Source: Centroscyllium fabricii
Taxonomy: Eukaryota
DNA length: 64,000 bases
Direction: 5' to 3'
Assembly (NCBI GenBank): GCA_051313645.2
Contig: JBNRSN020000026.1
Location: 36,270,001-36,334,000 of the forward strand
Positions within the stretch are counted from its first letter, which is position 1. Each line of letters begins with the position of its first letter. Below the pieces are notes generated by a model. It was not told the origin of the DNA, did no database searches, and saw only the letters and a program-made list of their open reading frames with translations. Positions 24,581 through 36,626 of the stretch are shown here, piece by piece. The translations under genes were made by a program, and so were the position numbers.

Positions 24581-25352
24581 GGGGGAGATTTTTCCGGAAG
24601 GGCGGGAACCTGGCGGGGATTGGTCTGGGTGGCTTCCGGTCCCGCCCGCCCAAACAGCTGGGAAGCCCACGCAATTTTAGTTTAATGAGGTTGTTAAATC
24701 CCCGTCGGCAGGAGCGGGAGGTAATTAGGTCAATCGAGTCGGGCTGCAGCAGAGCTGCGAGGAGTTTGATTTACAGTTCCAGCACTGATTGTTGTCAGTT
24801 CCCATGGCAACACTCCACTGTGACATCAGAGTGGAGTGGAGCCAATGGGAAAGGCCAAGTGCTGGTGACTGACAGGTGGGCGGGCGGGCTCCGAATCCCT
24901 TACAGCTCGCACTGGCTGTGAGGACATGTTCAGAGCGGAGATTGCTCAGTTTCTGCTCACAGCTGATGCTATCTCCTCCAAGGTGCTGGAGGCATGCCAA
25001 GCATTTGGCAGCATGTCTTGCACACCTTGAAGGAGAAAGTAATAAATTCAAGAAGTCACACACCAGGTTATAGTCCAAAAGTAATAACCAGCGCTGTTGG
25101 TTTAAGGTGGCGGGGTTAGGGTGGAAAACACGGCAAAATGGCTGAGGGCCCTTAAAATGGCATAAAGATGGCAATTAAGGGCCCTTAACGAGGTGACGAC
25201 AACCCATCCCTGCCGGCAGGAAGGTTTCGGGACAGGGAATCTGGGTGGGGAAAAATGAGAAAGCGGCGGGGAGGGGCGGGACCTGTCGGTTCTGCTATTT
25301 TGCCGGCCAGGCCGCCCAAAACCCCACTTCACGGGGACATGAAAATCGCCCC
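24581..25352. mobile_element. Non-autonomous DNA element, family C (GGGG.GATTTT...AAAATC.CCCC ends)
   Basis: Short inverted termini; the interior is near-identical to 29519-30333 (inverted), 34373-35142 and the fragment 46726-46900. Confidence 0.8.
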
Positions 25353-25729
25353 GATGTGTGGCTTGAGAGCCCCATGTTGAACAGCTAGACAGCTTGGATT
25401 GTTGTATTATCTCCACTGTCCTTCACTTAACTGTCCTCTTGAGCAATAGGGGTAGCTGAAGCCCACTGCACTGTTCTTAAGCCAACTGGTTACTGAAGAA
25501 ATTGGGGCCATACAGAGTTAGTGGTCCCCATTCCTTTTTTTTGATGCTTTAGTTGAACTTTCATTTGCCTTTTTTTATGGTCAAGAAAAAAAAACCTAAG
25601 TGGCTTCAGCTCCCAAATAGAAAAGATGGGCTTTGAACAGCTCTAGAACTATTGGAACAAATTCACAAACCTGGCAGAGTCCTCCTGCTGAAATGAGGAT
25701 AATACAACAGCAGGAGGACCACCACCAAA

Positions 25730-25965
25730 ATCTTCTGATAAAGGGTCCCAACCCAAAACGTCGACTATTTCTCTCCACCAATGCTGCCTGGCCTGCTGAG
25801 TTTTTCCAGCATTTTCCGTTATACCAAAAAAAGGTAGTTTTGACAAAAGGTCATCGACCTGAAACGTTGACTCTTTCTTCACAGATGATGCCTGACCTGC
25901 TGAGTATCTCCAGCATTTTTTGTTTTTATTTCAGATTTCCAGCATCTGCAGTATTTTCTTTTTGT
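25730..25965 (+). mobile_element. Two tandem Penelope-type terminal-repeat units with degenerate hammerhead motifs
   Basis: Units (C/T)TGA.AA-stem-(G/A)AAACGT...GATGCTGCCTGACCTGCTGAG...CCAGCATTT repeated about 105 bp apart; same family as the units at 7155, 11350 and 35274. Confidence 0.6.
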
Positions 25966-26089
25966 ACCTTATGTAGTGCCCTTAACATGGAAAAGGTCCC
26001 AAGGCACTTCACAGAAATGTAAATCAGACAAAAATTGCCACAAAGCCAAAGGAGGAGAGATTAGACTGAGGTAACAGCTTTGACCCTAA

Positions 26090-26680
26090 TGTAGTCAAGT
26101 GTCACAAGGCTCTTAAATTTTTAAGCGAGAGTCTTAAAGGAGGAGAATGTGATGAAGAGGCATTGAGGTTTTGGGAGGGAAATCCAAAGCTCAGGGCCTA
26201 ACCAGCTGAAGACACAGCCAATGATGGAATGGTGAATGGGGCTGTGCAAGAGGAGCACAAAGTTCGGAGTGTTGTAGGGTTGGAGGAGGAGAGAGAAGAG
26301 AACATGGTGATTTGAACATGTGCAGCTAAGAATTTTAAAGTAGAGCATGGGGGGGGGGGGGGGGGGGGGGGGAGAATCTGGAGTCAATGAAAGGGCAGAA
26401 AGCACATGGGGGAGTGGACTTTGTGGTGCTGGTTAGGGCACAGGTAGCAGAGTTTTGGATGAGCTGATGTTCATGGAGGGAGGAGAATGGGAGGCTGGCC
26501 AGGAGAGCATTGGAATGGGAGCGTCTGGAGGCAGAGGATGGGGTGGAGGTGGGCAATGTTACGGACGTGGAAGTAGGCAGTCTTTTTGAGGGAAGTGATT
26601 AGTTCGGAAGCTCAACTTGGGATGCCGATGTTGTGAACGGTCAACTTCGACCCACACAGTGGCTGGAAAAGGACAACCAG
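26090..26680 (-). mobile_element. L2-like LINE 3' fragment
   Basis: The minus strand reads QLIQNSATCALT... followed by the L2-type tail GGCCCTGAGCTTTGGATTTCCCTCCC...CTCCTTTAAGAC. Confidence 0.55.
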
Positions 26681-29518
26681 AGTCCAGTAAATTCTATGTT
26701 AGCAACACTTTCTTTTAACACACTTGACAAGTAGACACCATTACCTCAACCACTTTTTCCTTAAGCAAATTGAACGGCATAAGTCATCTCATGGGATCAG
26801 GTCATAAAGCTTTTACACATAGTTCGTGGCTCCAAGATATGAAAGCTGAGCTAACCTAGCCACTTTGGAAAGAAGGGTGAAGTGGAAAGCAAGAACAGAA
26901 GGAAGCATGGACCCATGCCTAACCAAACCACCTCTACTATTATTTATAGGATGCTGGACAGCAAATGTCAGTTGGTTTTTCAACCATCATGACATCACTG
27001 AACTGAAGGTGGTGGATGGGCACTGGATTTCATATTTATTATTGTATGTCCTTAACTCATCCAAGTTTGAGGGCCCTTAACCATCAGGATAGGGTTGGAG
27101 AACTGGTGCTTTTTATTTTGTAAAAAGCATAGACCTCAAGGGTATATGACAGGTGTTCAAAATGATGAAGGATTATACACTGTTCAAGTGGATAGCACAG
27201 AGTGTTAGATTTTTATGCCATTAAGCACTTTGGGACCTTTCAAAATCAAAGGCACTATCTAAATGCAGATTGTCGCGGTTGTAGTAAGATTTGTAGGGAG
27301 GACTAGGAGGGATCGGTACAAGTTACAAAAGCAGAGTTCTTTTTGCAGAGAGTCCGTGACCTCTGAATAGGTCGCCAGTACATGCTTCAGTGTGATTTCA
27401 CAGCAAGTCTTCAAAAAGGGGGTTGGTCAAGTTCCATTGCAAATGGAAGACATCAGGAGTTATAGAAGGTAGGTGGTTTCATGGGGACTGGTGATAGTCA
27501 TTATGGTTTCCTGGAGCTTGCTCCATTATCTTTGGAGGTTGGAGAGGAATGTCCCCAAAGTTTGGCCCAAGGTGGGGTTTTAAAAAAAAAAAAAAAAAAA
27601 AAAAAGATTGAGACTATCAGGTGTGGGATCAATGGTGCATGTAGGTCGCACCATGTCGATAGAACCGTGACGGACCAGTCCTTTCCTTAAAATTACATAC
27701 ATTGGGGTGGAGTCAAGGAAAGGAATGGGACTGATTAATAAATTGGCAGAGCAAGATGGCGCCAAACAGCTCCAAACTGCTGTCAATGCTGGTGTTAGTA
27801 GTACTTTAGGGCAAAGTTAAATTTGAAGTGGAAAGAAAAAAACCAGAATTGAATCACATGAAGCAGAGAGAGAAAAGGATTTTGGAAGTCAAATAAAATT
27901 CAAAATGGTTAGAAACAGGCTAGCCAACATCCAAGTCAGGTTAGTGTCAGACTGAAACCCTGCAAACAACTAGATTTTTATGAATTCAGAATTAATCCTC
28001 CCGGAAAAACAAGTTAATGAGAGGAAGGGGCTCTTCACACAGGAAGCTGTAAAGTTCAACTTTGAGTCATCGACACAAGAAACTCACAGCAAGATAGAGG
28101 CTTATGATAATGTGGCTTTATGAACACTCAAAGAATCTCCTATACACACACACACAATGCAAAATAGTGGGACATGCATGTAGAATCTATCCTCAATACC
28201 TTCATTGACAAGTTGGAACAAACACAATTCGGAATTGAGTCAGCCAGCCACCTACTGACTTAAAACCTGAGGTTGCAAAGTGGGAAAAAAAAGGGTCAAT
28301 ACAAGGCACTTTGAGAGAGAGTCCAATGCAACATCCCACACTGAATGTGACTAATCTAATTTAAATTTCGAACGGGCACCTCCCCAACAACTTTCTAAAC
28401 CGTCACAAATGACAAGTTAAACATCCGTTCCATGCAGAAAAAGCAAACCGGTTCTTTGGACAGTGATGCCAAGATGTTAGTGTGTGCAGCTGCTCCCACC
28501 ACCTCAGATACTCGAGGCAACACTGCCACAGCTGCCAACTATTTGCTCTTTATTTAACCTTTAGCACGGTTGGCTTGGCACCCCAGCTCCCAGCTATCAG
28601 CAGAACACCTTCCCATTTGCTTAAAAATCAAATACCACCCCCCCCTCTTCCAAAAACACCGACTGTATATACACTTCACATTCGCATTTGTTCCCCACAT
28701 GCTAGCTTTCCTTCCCACTTTCCAAGGCCACAAACCATATGTGCTAGACAGGGCAGGCACCCACCCCCAGGATACCACCTCCTCAGCCAGTTGCTGAGGC
28801 CCTTTGGAGTGTTCCTTCCTACAGGGAGTCACCCTACCACCACTCAACAGCTCTCTACAATGAAACTGAAAAAATCAAACACAATTTGGGATGGCAAGGC
28901 ACGCAGGAAGGAAAAAAGAAAATTGGGGGTAATTTTAGCAATGGAAATATTGAGATGTAAAATGAGCTTCTGATTTGCTATCTGCGGTTTTACATCAGTC
29001 AAAATTACTCCTTGAATCAGTATTCCTCCACAGTGGCATCACACAGCTCCCCACACCCGTTCTAGTTCCCTGGACCCTCTAGATCAAAATTACATAGGAA
29101 GCTCTGCCACAGAAATAAAAGTAGTCCCAAAATATCACGTATAAATAACGCGGTTACTAAAAAATGAATGAAATCTATATTTCTTCAAATGCTATTTTCT
29201 TCTAACTCACTATGTAACAATTCCTTTTCTAGGAGTGCATTCGGCACCATTTAGAGCAGGATTTGAATCTAAACATGGTCTTCTGCAACCAAGGGTACCA
29301 GGACAGTGACATCTTAACTTGTTGCCAAGCCCTTGAACGCCACCTTATCGAAAGCCTCTAGGGATCTGCACCTATAAAGCGAAGAAATCAGTTCATTGCA
29401 CTTCTTGCCCAAACCGCACCCCCCCCCCACCCCCACCCCCCACCCCACGGGATTTAGAGCAACTCAAAAAAGGAATTCCACTGATGGATACCAGAGCACG
29501 GACACAATGGGGGGGGGG

Positions 29519-30333
29519 GGGGAATTTTCATGTCCCCGTGAGGCGGGGTTTTGGGTGGCCCAGCCGGCAAAATAGCGGAACCGGCAGGTCCCGCCCTCCC
29601 CCGCCGCTTTCTCATTTTTGCCTGCCCAGATTCCCTGCCCCGAAACCTTCCTGCCGCCGACCGGCGGGGATGGGTTGTCACCTCATTAAGGGCCCTTAAT
29701 TGGCATCTTTAATGCCATTTTAAGGGCCCTCAGCCATTTTGCCCTGTTTCCCGCCCTAACCCTGCCACCCTAAACCCCGCTGGGTGAAACCCAGCGGGAG
29801 CACAGCGCTGGTTATTACTGTTGGACTATAACCTGGTGTTGTGGCTTCTTGCATTTATTACTTTCTCCTTCAAGGTGTGAAGGACATGCTGCCAAATGCT
29901 TGGCATGCCTCTAGTACCTTAGAGGAATAAGTAACTCAGTTCTGGCTGCAGCAGCAGCTCGGAGCAGAAACGGAGCAATCTCAGCTCTGAACATGTCCTC
30001 ACAGCCGCTGCGAGCGGTGAGGGATGCTGAGCCCACCCACCCACCTACCTGTCAGTCACCAGCACTTGGCCTTCCCCATTGGCTCCACTCCATGGTGATG
30101 TCACAGTGGAGTGTTTCCATGGGAACTGACAACAACCAGTGCTGGAACTGTCAAACTGCTCGCCGCCCTGCTGCAGCCCGACTCGATTGACCCAATTACC
30201 TCCCGCCGACAGCGATTTAACAACCTAATTAAACTAAAATTGCGTGGCCTTCCCAGCTGTTTGGGCGGGCGGGACCGGAAGCCGCCCAGACCAATCACCA
30301 CCAGGTCCCCGCCCTTCCGGCAAAATCCCCCCC
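29519..30333. mobile_element. Family C element, inverted copy
   Basis: Reverse complement of 24581-25352; the left terminus merges into a G run. Confidence 0.8.
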
Positions 30334-30965
30334 ATGAGTTACTGAAATTCCACCATCCGCTATTGTAGTGGAGGAATCGACTGATTATTTTAAACTGGTC
30401 GACGCCGCCACTAGAATAATGGTGCAGGGAATTTCAGAAGAATTTGTACGCTAGCATCCTGTAACACTGCATTTTCAACTGGTCTCATTCATGTCAAGAT
30501 TATTATTTTTTTTGATTGCATTAAATTGTAGAGCATGACCAGGCTCTCGCAAATGCAGCAAATCAATCGGATTTAAATGGCTAAGTCAAGTCAATGACAG
30601 GCAAGAAGTTTACATATCAAGTTCCTACTATTGAAATAATGTACAGCCCCACAAATATTCTCGCTAAGCAGGCCATTTGTATAATCAGCAACCAGTAAAA
30701 GTTTAAGTATAATCACAGACTGGCGAACAAACCTACAATTTGTATTTTCAGCTGGGTTAACAGAAAGGGCTGTACAATTAACCTGAACACTCTGGATCAC
30801 ATAAAATATATGGCCAGAGTTGCCACTTCTAGCATAAGCTAAAGCAGGCCAGAATCCGGATTCACATGAACAGCAACAGGAGACATGAAGAGCACCTAGC
30901 ACCCACAAAACCCGAGTCACCATCTTTGAGAGGGGAGAAAAAAGAAAGTTTGCTCAATGGTGGAT

Positions 30966-31462
30966 GTGTACAGTATTGGTCTCCTTATTTAAGGAAGGAT
31001 GTAAATGCATTGCTAGCCGTCCAGAGAAGGTTTACTAGACCAATACCTGGAATGGGCAGGTTGTCTAGGCTAGGCTTGTATCCGCTGGAGTGAAGAGTAA
31101 GAGGTGACTTGATCGGAGGGGTCTTGACAGGGTGGATGTGGAGAGGAGGTTTCCTCCTGTGGGAGAATCTAGAACTAGGGGGTCACCGTTTAAAAAAATA
31201 TGGGGTCGCCCATTTAAGACAGATGAGGAGAAATTTCTCAGAGGGTCGTGAGTCTTTGGAACTGTCTTCCTCAGAGCGTGGTGGAAGCAGAGTCTTTGAC
31301 TATTTTTAAGGCAGAGGTAGATCGATTCTGGATAAGGGGGATGAAAGATTATCGGGGGTAGGCGGGAATGTGGAGTAATCAGATCAGCCATGCTCTTATT
31401 GAATAGCAGAGCAGGCTCGAGGGGCCGAGTGGCCTACTCCTGCTTCTAATTCGTTTGTATGA
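30966..31462 (+). mobile_element. CR1 LINE 3' fragment
   Basis: CVQYWSPYLRKDVNALLAVQRRFTRPIPG, then the CR1 3' tail GATCAGCCATG...GAGCAGGCTCGAGGGGCCGAGTGGCCTACTCCTGCT. Confidence 0.85.
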
Positions 31463-32232
31463 ATGAGAGATGAGATGATCAATACCTTTAGACTTGGGCC
31501 CCTAGTTCCAGCAGCAGCAATCTTTGGTTCAAATGGACAACAAGTTAATGTAGAATTCAAACAAACAGGTCTGTCTTTACAAAATTTGAACATGTTACTT
31601 CCTTACATCTTTTTATACTGGCCAGTATCTTATTTCTCCTTAAAATGCTTAGTTGGCCCCAGAAAATAGCATTGTTGCAGTCTGTCTTGACTTTCAGGAT
31701 TTAAGAACAGGTGGCCCATGAAACAGTGCAGTGTTAAATAGAACATGTTATTCCAGGGATTTAATAGGATTCTAAAGTGCCTGACAACTAGATTTAACAT
31801 TCAGCACTGGAGCACAAACCCAGATACCAACTTACATATGGAGACTCGGTCACTATTTGGCATTTTCAATATTGGCAGCTTTACCAACTAGTTCATTATT
31901 GATTAATGACCACGCTCAAAATTTTAGACATTCAAATCTTGAAGCAAGTTTAGCCACAGAAACTTACAGCAGAGTCATTTTGATAATCATGTCGCTGCTA
32001 GAATAATCCAAATCTAAACCCATTGTCCCATAGGCCCTGCACTATGCTCCACTTTAATAGGTTGCCCTAAAGTAGACACTGCCTCAAGTACTGTGTGGTA
32101 AAGCGCGTCACACTCCCAACAAGTACGGGTGAAGAAATTTCACCCAGCCTTCTCAACTCACTTCCGAACTAGAGAGCACAGCCTTTCCCTATTTGCCGTC
32201 AAAACCATGCGACTTATCCTTTTCCCCTATAG

Positions 32233-32566
32233 CAGCGGTCCCCAAACTTTTTGGGACCACGGACCATTTTGAGCTAGACAATTTTTTCACGGACCGGGGG
32301 GGGGGGGGGGGGCGGTGTGCGCTGGCGGAGTTTTTTTCACTGAGCAGGGGGGGGGTGCTGGCGAGGGTTTTGACGGATCTGGGGGGGGGGGGGGGGGGTG
32401 TTTCGCGGACCGGGTGGGGGGGGCTGCGGGCGCCGAACTTTCCTTCTGTGGCTGCGGGCGGAGGGAGCTGGGGTGCGGGCGGCCAACATTCCTTCTGCGG
32501 CCGCGGACCGGTAAAAATGTTCCACGGCCCGATACCGGGCCGCAGACCAGCGGTTGAGGACCCCTG
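32233..32566. mobile_element. hAT-Charlie-like MITE
   Basis: TIRs CAGCGGTCCCCAA...TTGAGGACCCCTG; perfect 8-bp TSD CCCTATAG (32225-32232 and 32567-32574). Confidence 0.9.
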
Positions 32567-33454
32567 CCCTATAGAACTTCTATAAAATCAATTCTTAGCC
32601 TTCTTTCTCCAACACAGTGCCAGTATCTCAAATGTAATATCCATTAGTGTCAGAAGATATTACAACTGCATAAGAGGGCCTTTCTGCCTTAATCATCATT
32701 CACTACTCTGGAAGTCAATTAAAAATTCTACTCAGACAGATGCGGTACTATTTTACCAGTTTCACAGGAAGTTAAAATTCTTCACAATTCTTAGATCACA
32801 GGCTTCTAGAGGTTATGTCCGTAAACCTGCCAAATGAACTGCTGGAGTCCAATTACTCGGTTCTATAATTATGTTGAGAACTGCTTCTTAAAACATTTAA
32901 GACTACTTTAATTTCATATATAAAAGGTCTCCTGCTCTGGCAGGTTTTTGTTAAATATCCCAAGGCGACCCTTTCTACAATACAATATACAAACTCCTGC
33001 AAAAGCCAAGAGAAAGGCCACTACAGCACTTTTCAGCAAAGACCCAATTAGACCATTTCACTGGATTTTGCTCTGAATATAGCTTTTAAATGGTCAGGGT
33101 TGTACGTACTGAACAAGTGCTTTGGTAATCAAATACTGCACAATATGCTCAGGTAGTTTGCTGGTTTGAAATAGGGCTCAAGAATATAGTGAGACACTGA
33201 TGAGTTATGAAGTTATTTGGTGTTTTTGCAAACTGCCAATGTGGAGTGAAATTAAATTTCCTATTGCATCAAATCTGTTATTTTAACAGTGACCAGGTTA
33301 AATGGCCAATAAAGCTCTTTACGATCTGAAGGTCATGAGAGTTCATTAAGTTAATATACACATTAGTTGCTAAGTTAACAAAATCAACACTGGTATTTAA
33401 AAGACTATACAGGGTGGTACAATAGGATTTTAAGTGCTCGGTCAAAGATGTATA

Positions 33455-34051
33455 CAGGTTGTGCACCGTTAATCCGTTACCCGAAAAACCGGCAGCTTCA
33501 GTCTTCCGGCACAGATTTTCCTGACTGCGCATGCGCATGACAGATTTTGCATGCGCAGACAATTCAAAATGGCCACCATCGGGGCTGGGCTTCCCTTTCA
33601 CCCAACAGATACTCACTGGATCCCGGCTTAGTGACCACCCCGATGCCGATGGTGAATCACAGGCCCAGACGCAGGACGCGGTACAGCCAAAACTCGGCAC
33701 CTGGCTCCCCATCGCTGCTGGAGGCTGCTGTGTGCTGACGTCACCGTGTTCTGAAGCTGGCGTGCGGTGGCGTCACGAGAGCAAGGCTTGAGCCACGCAT
33801 TGGGCCTCAGACCCGCTGGAGCCATGCAGCCCACTCCGACCCGCCATGGGCAGCAGAATCGAGTGAGTTCCATCTGACCCTTGGGCCAAAAATCACCTTC
33901 CTGGTACCGGTGGCGCATGCGCAGAGCATGCTTTGTGGCGGCCATTTTGAATGCTCTGCACATGCGCCACCGAAGCTTCAATCATTCGGCGTTTTCACAA
34001 ATTCGGCAGGGTGCTGGTCCCGACCCTGCCGGATTAATGGTGCTCAACCTG
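33455..34051. mobile_element. TcMar MITE, family A, inverted relative to the 4785 copy
   Basis: TA|CAGGTTGTGCACCGTTAATCCG...CGGATTAATGGTGCTCAACCTG|TA. Confidence 0.85.
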
Positions 34052-34372
34052 TAGTATAAAAATAGTGCCGGTCACATGACCCCAGGACATCTTTACAGTC
34101 AATGGAGCACTTTTGAAAGTGTTGCAAATATGGCAGCCAGCTTGTGCACAGCAGTGAGATGAATGACCAGATAATCTGTTTTAGTGATGTTAATTGAGGG
34201 ATAACTCGACCAGGAAGAGAACTCCCTGATCATTTACATCCGCCCGACAGGAAAGATGAAGCTTCTGTTTAACATTACTACAAAAACAAAATGCTGAAAA
34301 TCTGAAATGAACACAGAAAATGCTGGAAATACTCAGGTCAGGTAGCATCTGTGGAAGGAGAAACAGTGTTAT

Positions 34373-35142
34373 GGGGGGGGGGGGGGGGGGGGGGGGGGGA
34401 AGACTTCGCCGGAAGTACGGGAACCTGGCGGGGATTGGTCTGGGCGGCTTCCTGTCCCGCCCACCCAAACACGTGGGAAGCCCACACAATTTTAATTTAA
34501 TGGAGTTGTTAAAATCCACGCCGGCGGCAGGTGGTAATTAACTCAATCGAGTCAGGCTGTAGCGGGGCTGCGAGGAGTTTGATACAGTTCCAGCACTGGT
34601 TGTTGACAGTTCCCATGGAAACACTGACATCACAGTCGAGTGGAACCAATGGGAAAGGTCAAGTGCTGGTAACTGACAGGTGGGCAGGCGGGCTCCGAAT
34701 CCTTGACAGCTCGCACCGGCTGTGAGCAAATGTGCAAAGCTGAGATTTCTCAGTTTTTGCTCACAGCTGGTGCAGCAACCACGGAGTAACTTACTCCTCT
34801 AAGGTGCTGGCGGCATGTCAAGCATTTGGCAGCATGCCCTTCACACCTTGAAGGAGAAAGTAATAACCAGCGCTGTGCTCCTGCTGGGTTTCAGGGTTAG
34901 GGTGGGAAATAGCTCAAAATGGCTGAGGGCCCTTAAAATGGCATTAAATGCCAATTAAGGGCCCTTAACGAGGTGACAACTCATCCCCGCTGGCCGACGG
35001 CGGGAAGGTTTCGGGGGGTGGGGGAAAATGATAAAGCGGTGGGGTTACGGCCGGGGGAGGGGGGGGTCACGACCCATTGTTTGCGCTATTTTGCCGGCCG
35101 AGCCGCCGAAAACCCCGCCTCACAGGGACATGAAATTCCCCC
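34373..35142. mobile_element. Family C element nested in a Penelope terminal-repeat unit
   Basis: Interrupts ...AAACAGTGTTA|ACGTTTCAGGTCGATGACCC; the interior matches 24581-25352. Confidence 0.8.
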
Positions 35143-35695
35143 AACGTTTCAGGTCGATGACCCTTCGCTGCCATTTCTCTTCTAGGAATGCCCACCTTGA
35201 AGAAATTCTGCTCTTAAAAGACGGAATTTGTTGGTCTCTTAAAAAACCCTGTTCCACCTCCAACTTTTTCCCAGTTCTGACGCAAGGTCATCGACCTGAA
35301 ACGTTAACCGTTTCTCACTGCACAGATGCAGCCTGACCTGCTGAGTATTACCAGCATTCTGTTTTCACCTCTATCTTTTCAGCAGAGATGTTAAACATAG
35401 TGTGCATACATATCCAATGCTCAAATCAAAACCTTCTGGTATTGCAATGCAAAAGCTGACACCTGAAGTGATTTTATGTTCCGACTACGTAGCCAGGGAG
35501 ATCGGAAGCTTAAGCTTCCAGTACAAGTGTAGATTCAGCTTTTAAGGTTTACACTAGTAAATGTGCATTTAAACTTAAGGTACACATGCACAGTGCCAGT
35601 AAAGTTCGAGAAATTGGGGCCTTTTTGCCAAGAGCAAAACGAAAAAAAAAGTGGTTTCAAAATTTGAGGTTTCAAGATGAGTAATTTTCTCTATA

Positions 35696-36083
35696 CAGGT
35701 CCGGCACCATTAATCCGGACACCGTTAATCTGGAAACTTCAGTCGTGCGGCACGAATCCGGGCCTCTGCCCGACTGATCTGCGCATGTGCTAGAATAGCC
35801 ACTGCGCATGCCCGGGCCGCTCCCCGACTGGTCTGCGCATGCGCAAAATGGCCACCGTGCTTGGCTGCGCATGCCCGGGCCTCTTTCAGACTCCTATTGA
35901 GTTAGTCTGAATGATTGATGCTTCAGCGGGTGCATGCGCAGACCATTCAAAATGGCCACCGGCATGTGCGGCAGCCATTTTGAATGGTCTGCACATGTGC
36001 TCGCCGAAGCTTCAGTCGTTTGGATTTTTCACCAGTCCGGCACTGGCCTGGTCCCGACTGCCGGATTAACGGTGTCGGACCTG
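35696..36083. mobile_element. TcMar MITE, family A
   Basis: TA|CAGGTCCGGCACCATTAATCCGG...CCGGATTAACGGTGTCGGACCTG|TA. Confidence 0.85.
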
Positions 36084-36626
36084 TAGTTGGTGAATTAGTG
36101 ATGAGGCTATTAAAGAGGGAATATTAAAGACATCTTTCATCAGAGGGTCATGGAATGGTTTACCACAAGCAGCCATTGAGACAGAGACCATCATTTAAAA
36201 AAGAATTGGGATCAATCTAGCTGCATCACTAGATCACAAGCTTGAGCAGTAACCTTGGCTAATTTTAAAGCTTCCTTAGCCCAAGGACACAAAGTCATGC
36301 CCCATAGCAGATGCCAGGTAGAGCAGCAAACAGCACAAACTAGCGATTGAACAGGGTATACTTCGGTGCTGGATGCCTCAAATCATACGGCACATTTAGC
36401 TACCGAGGAACTCCAGAAGTCTGCATTTATAAATCTGCCCTCCAAGACCAAAAGAATTCTCACTTAAAGCCAACATATCTGCTGGCTTTAGTAGTAAAGC
36501 TTCAAAGATTTTATTTCAGGAATTTATAATAAAATGTGGACTTGGTCAACTGCATTTGGGTTCATATTGACCTTTTTACACAAACTGCTGTAATGGAACA
36601 GCAGCTGGATGAGAGTCTTATGGTGC

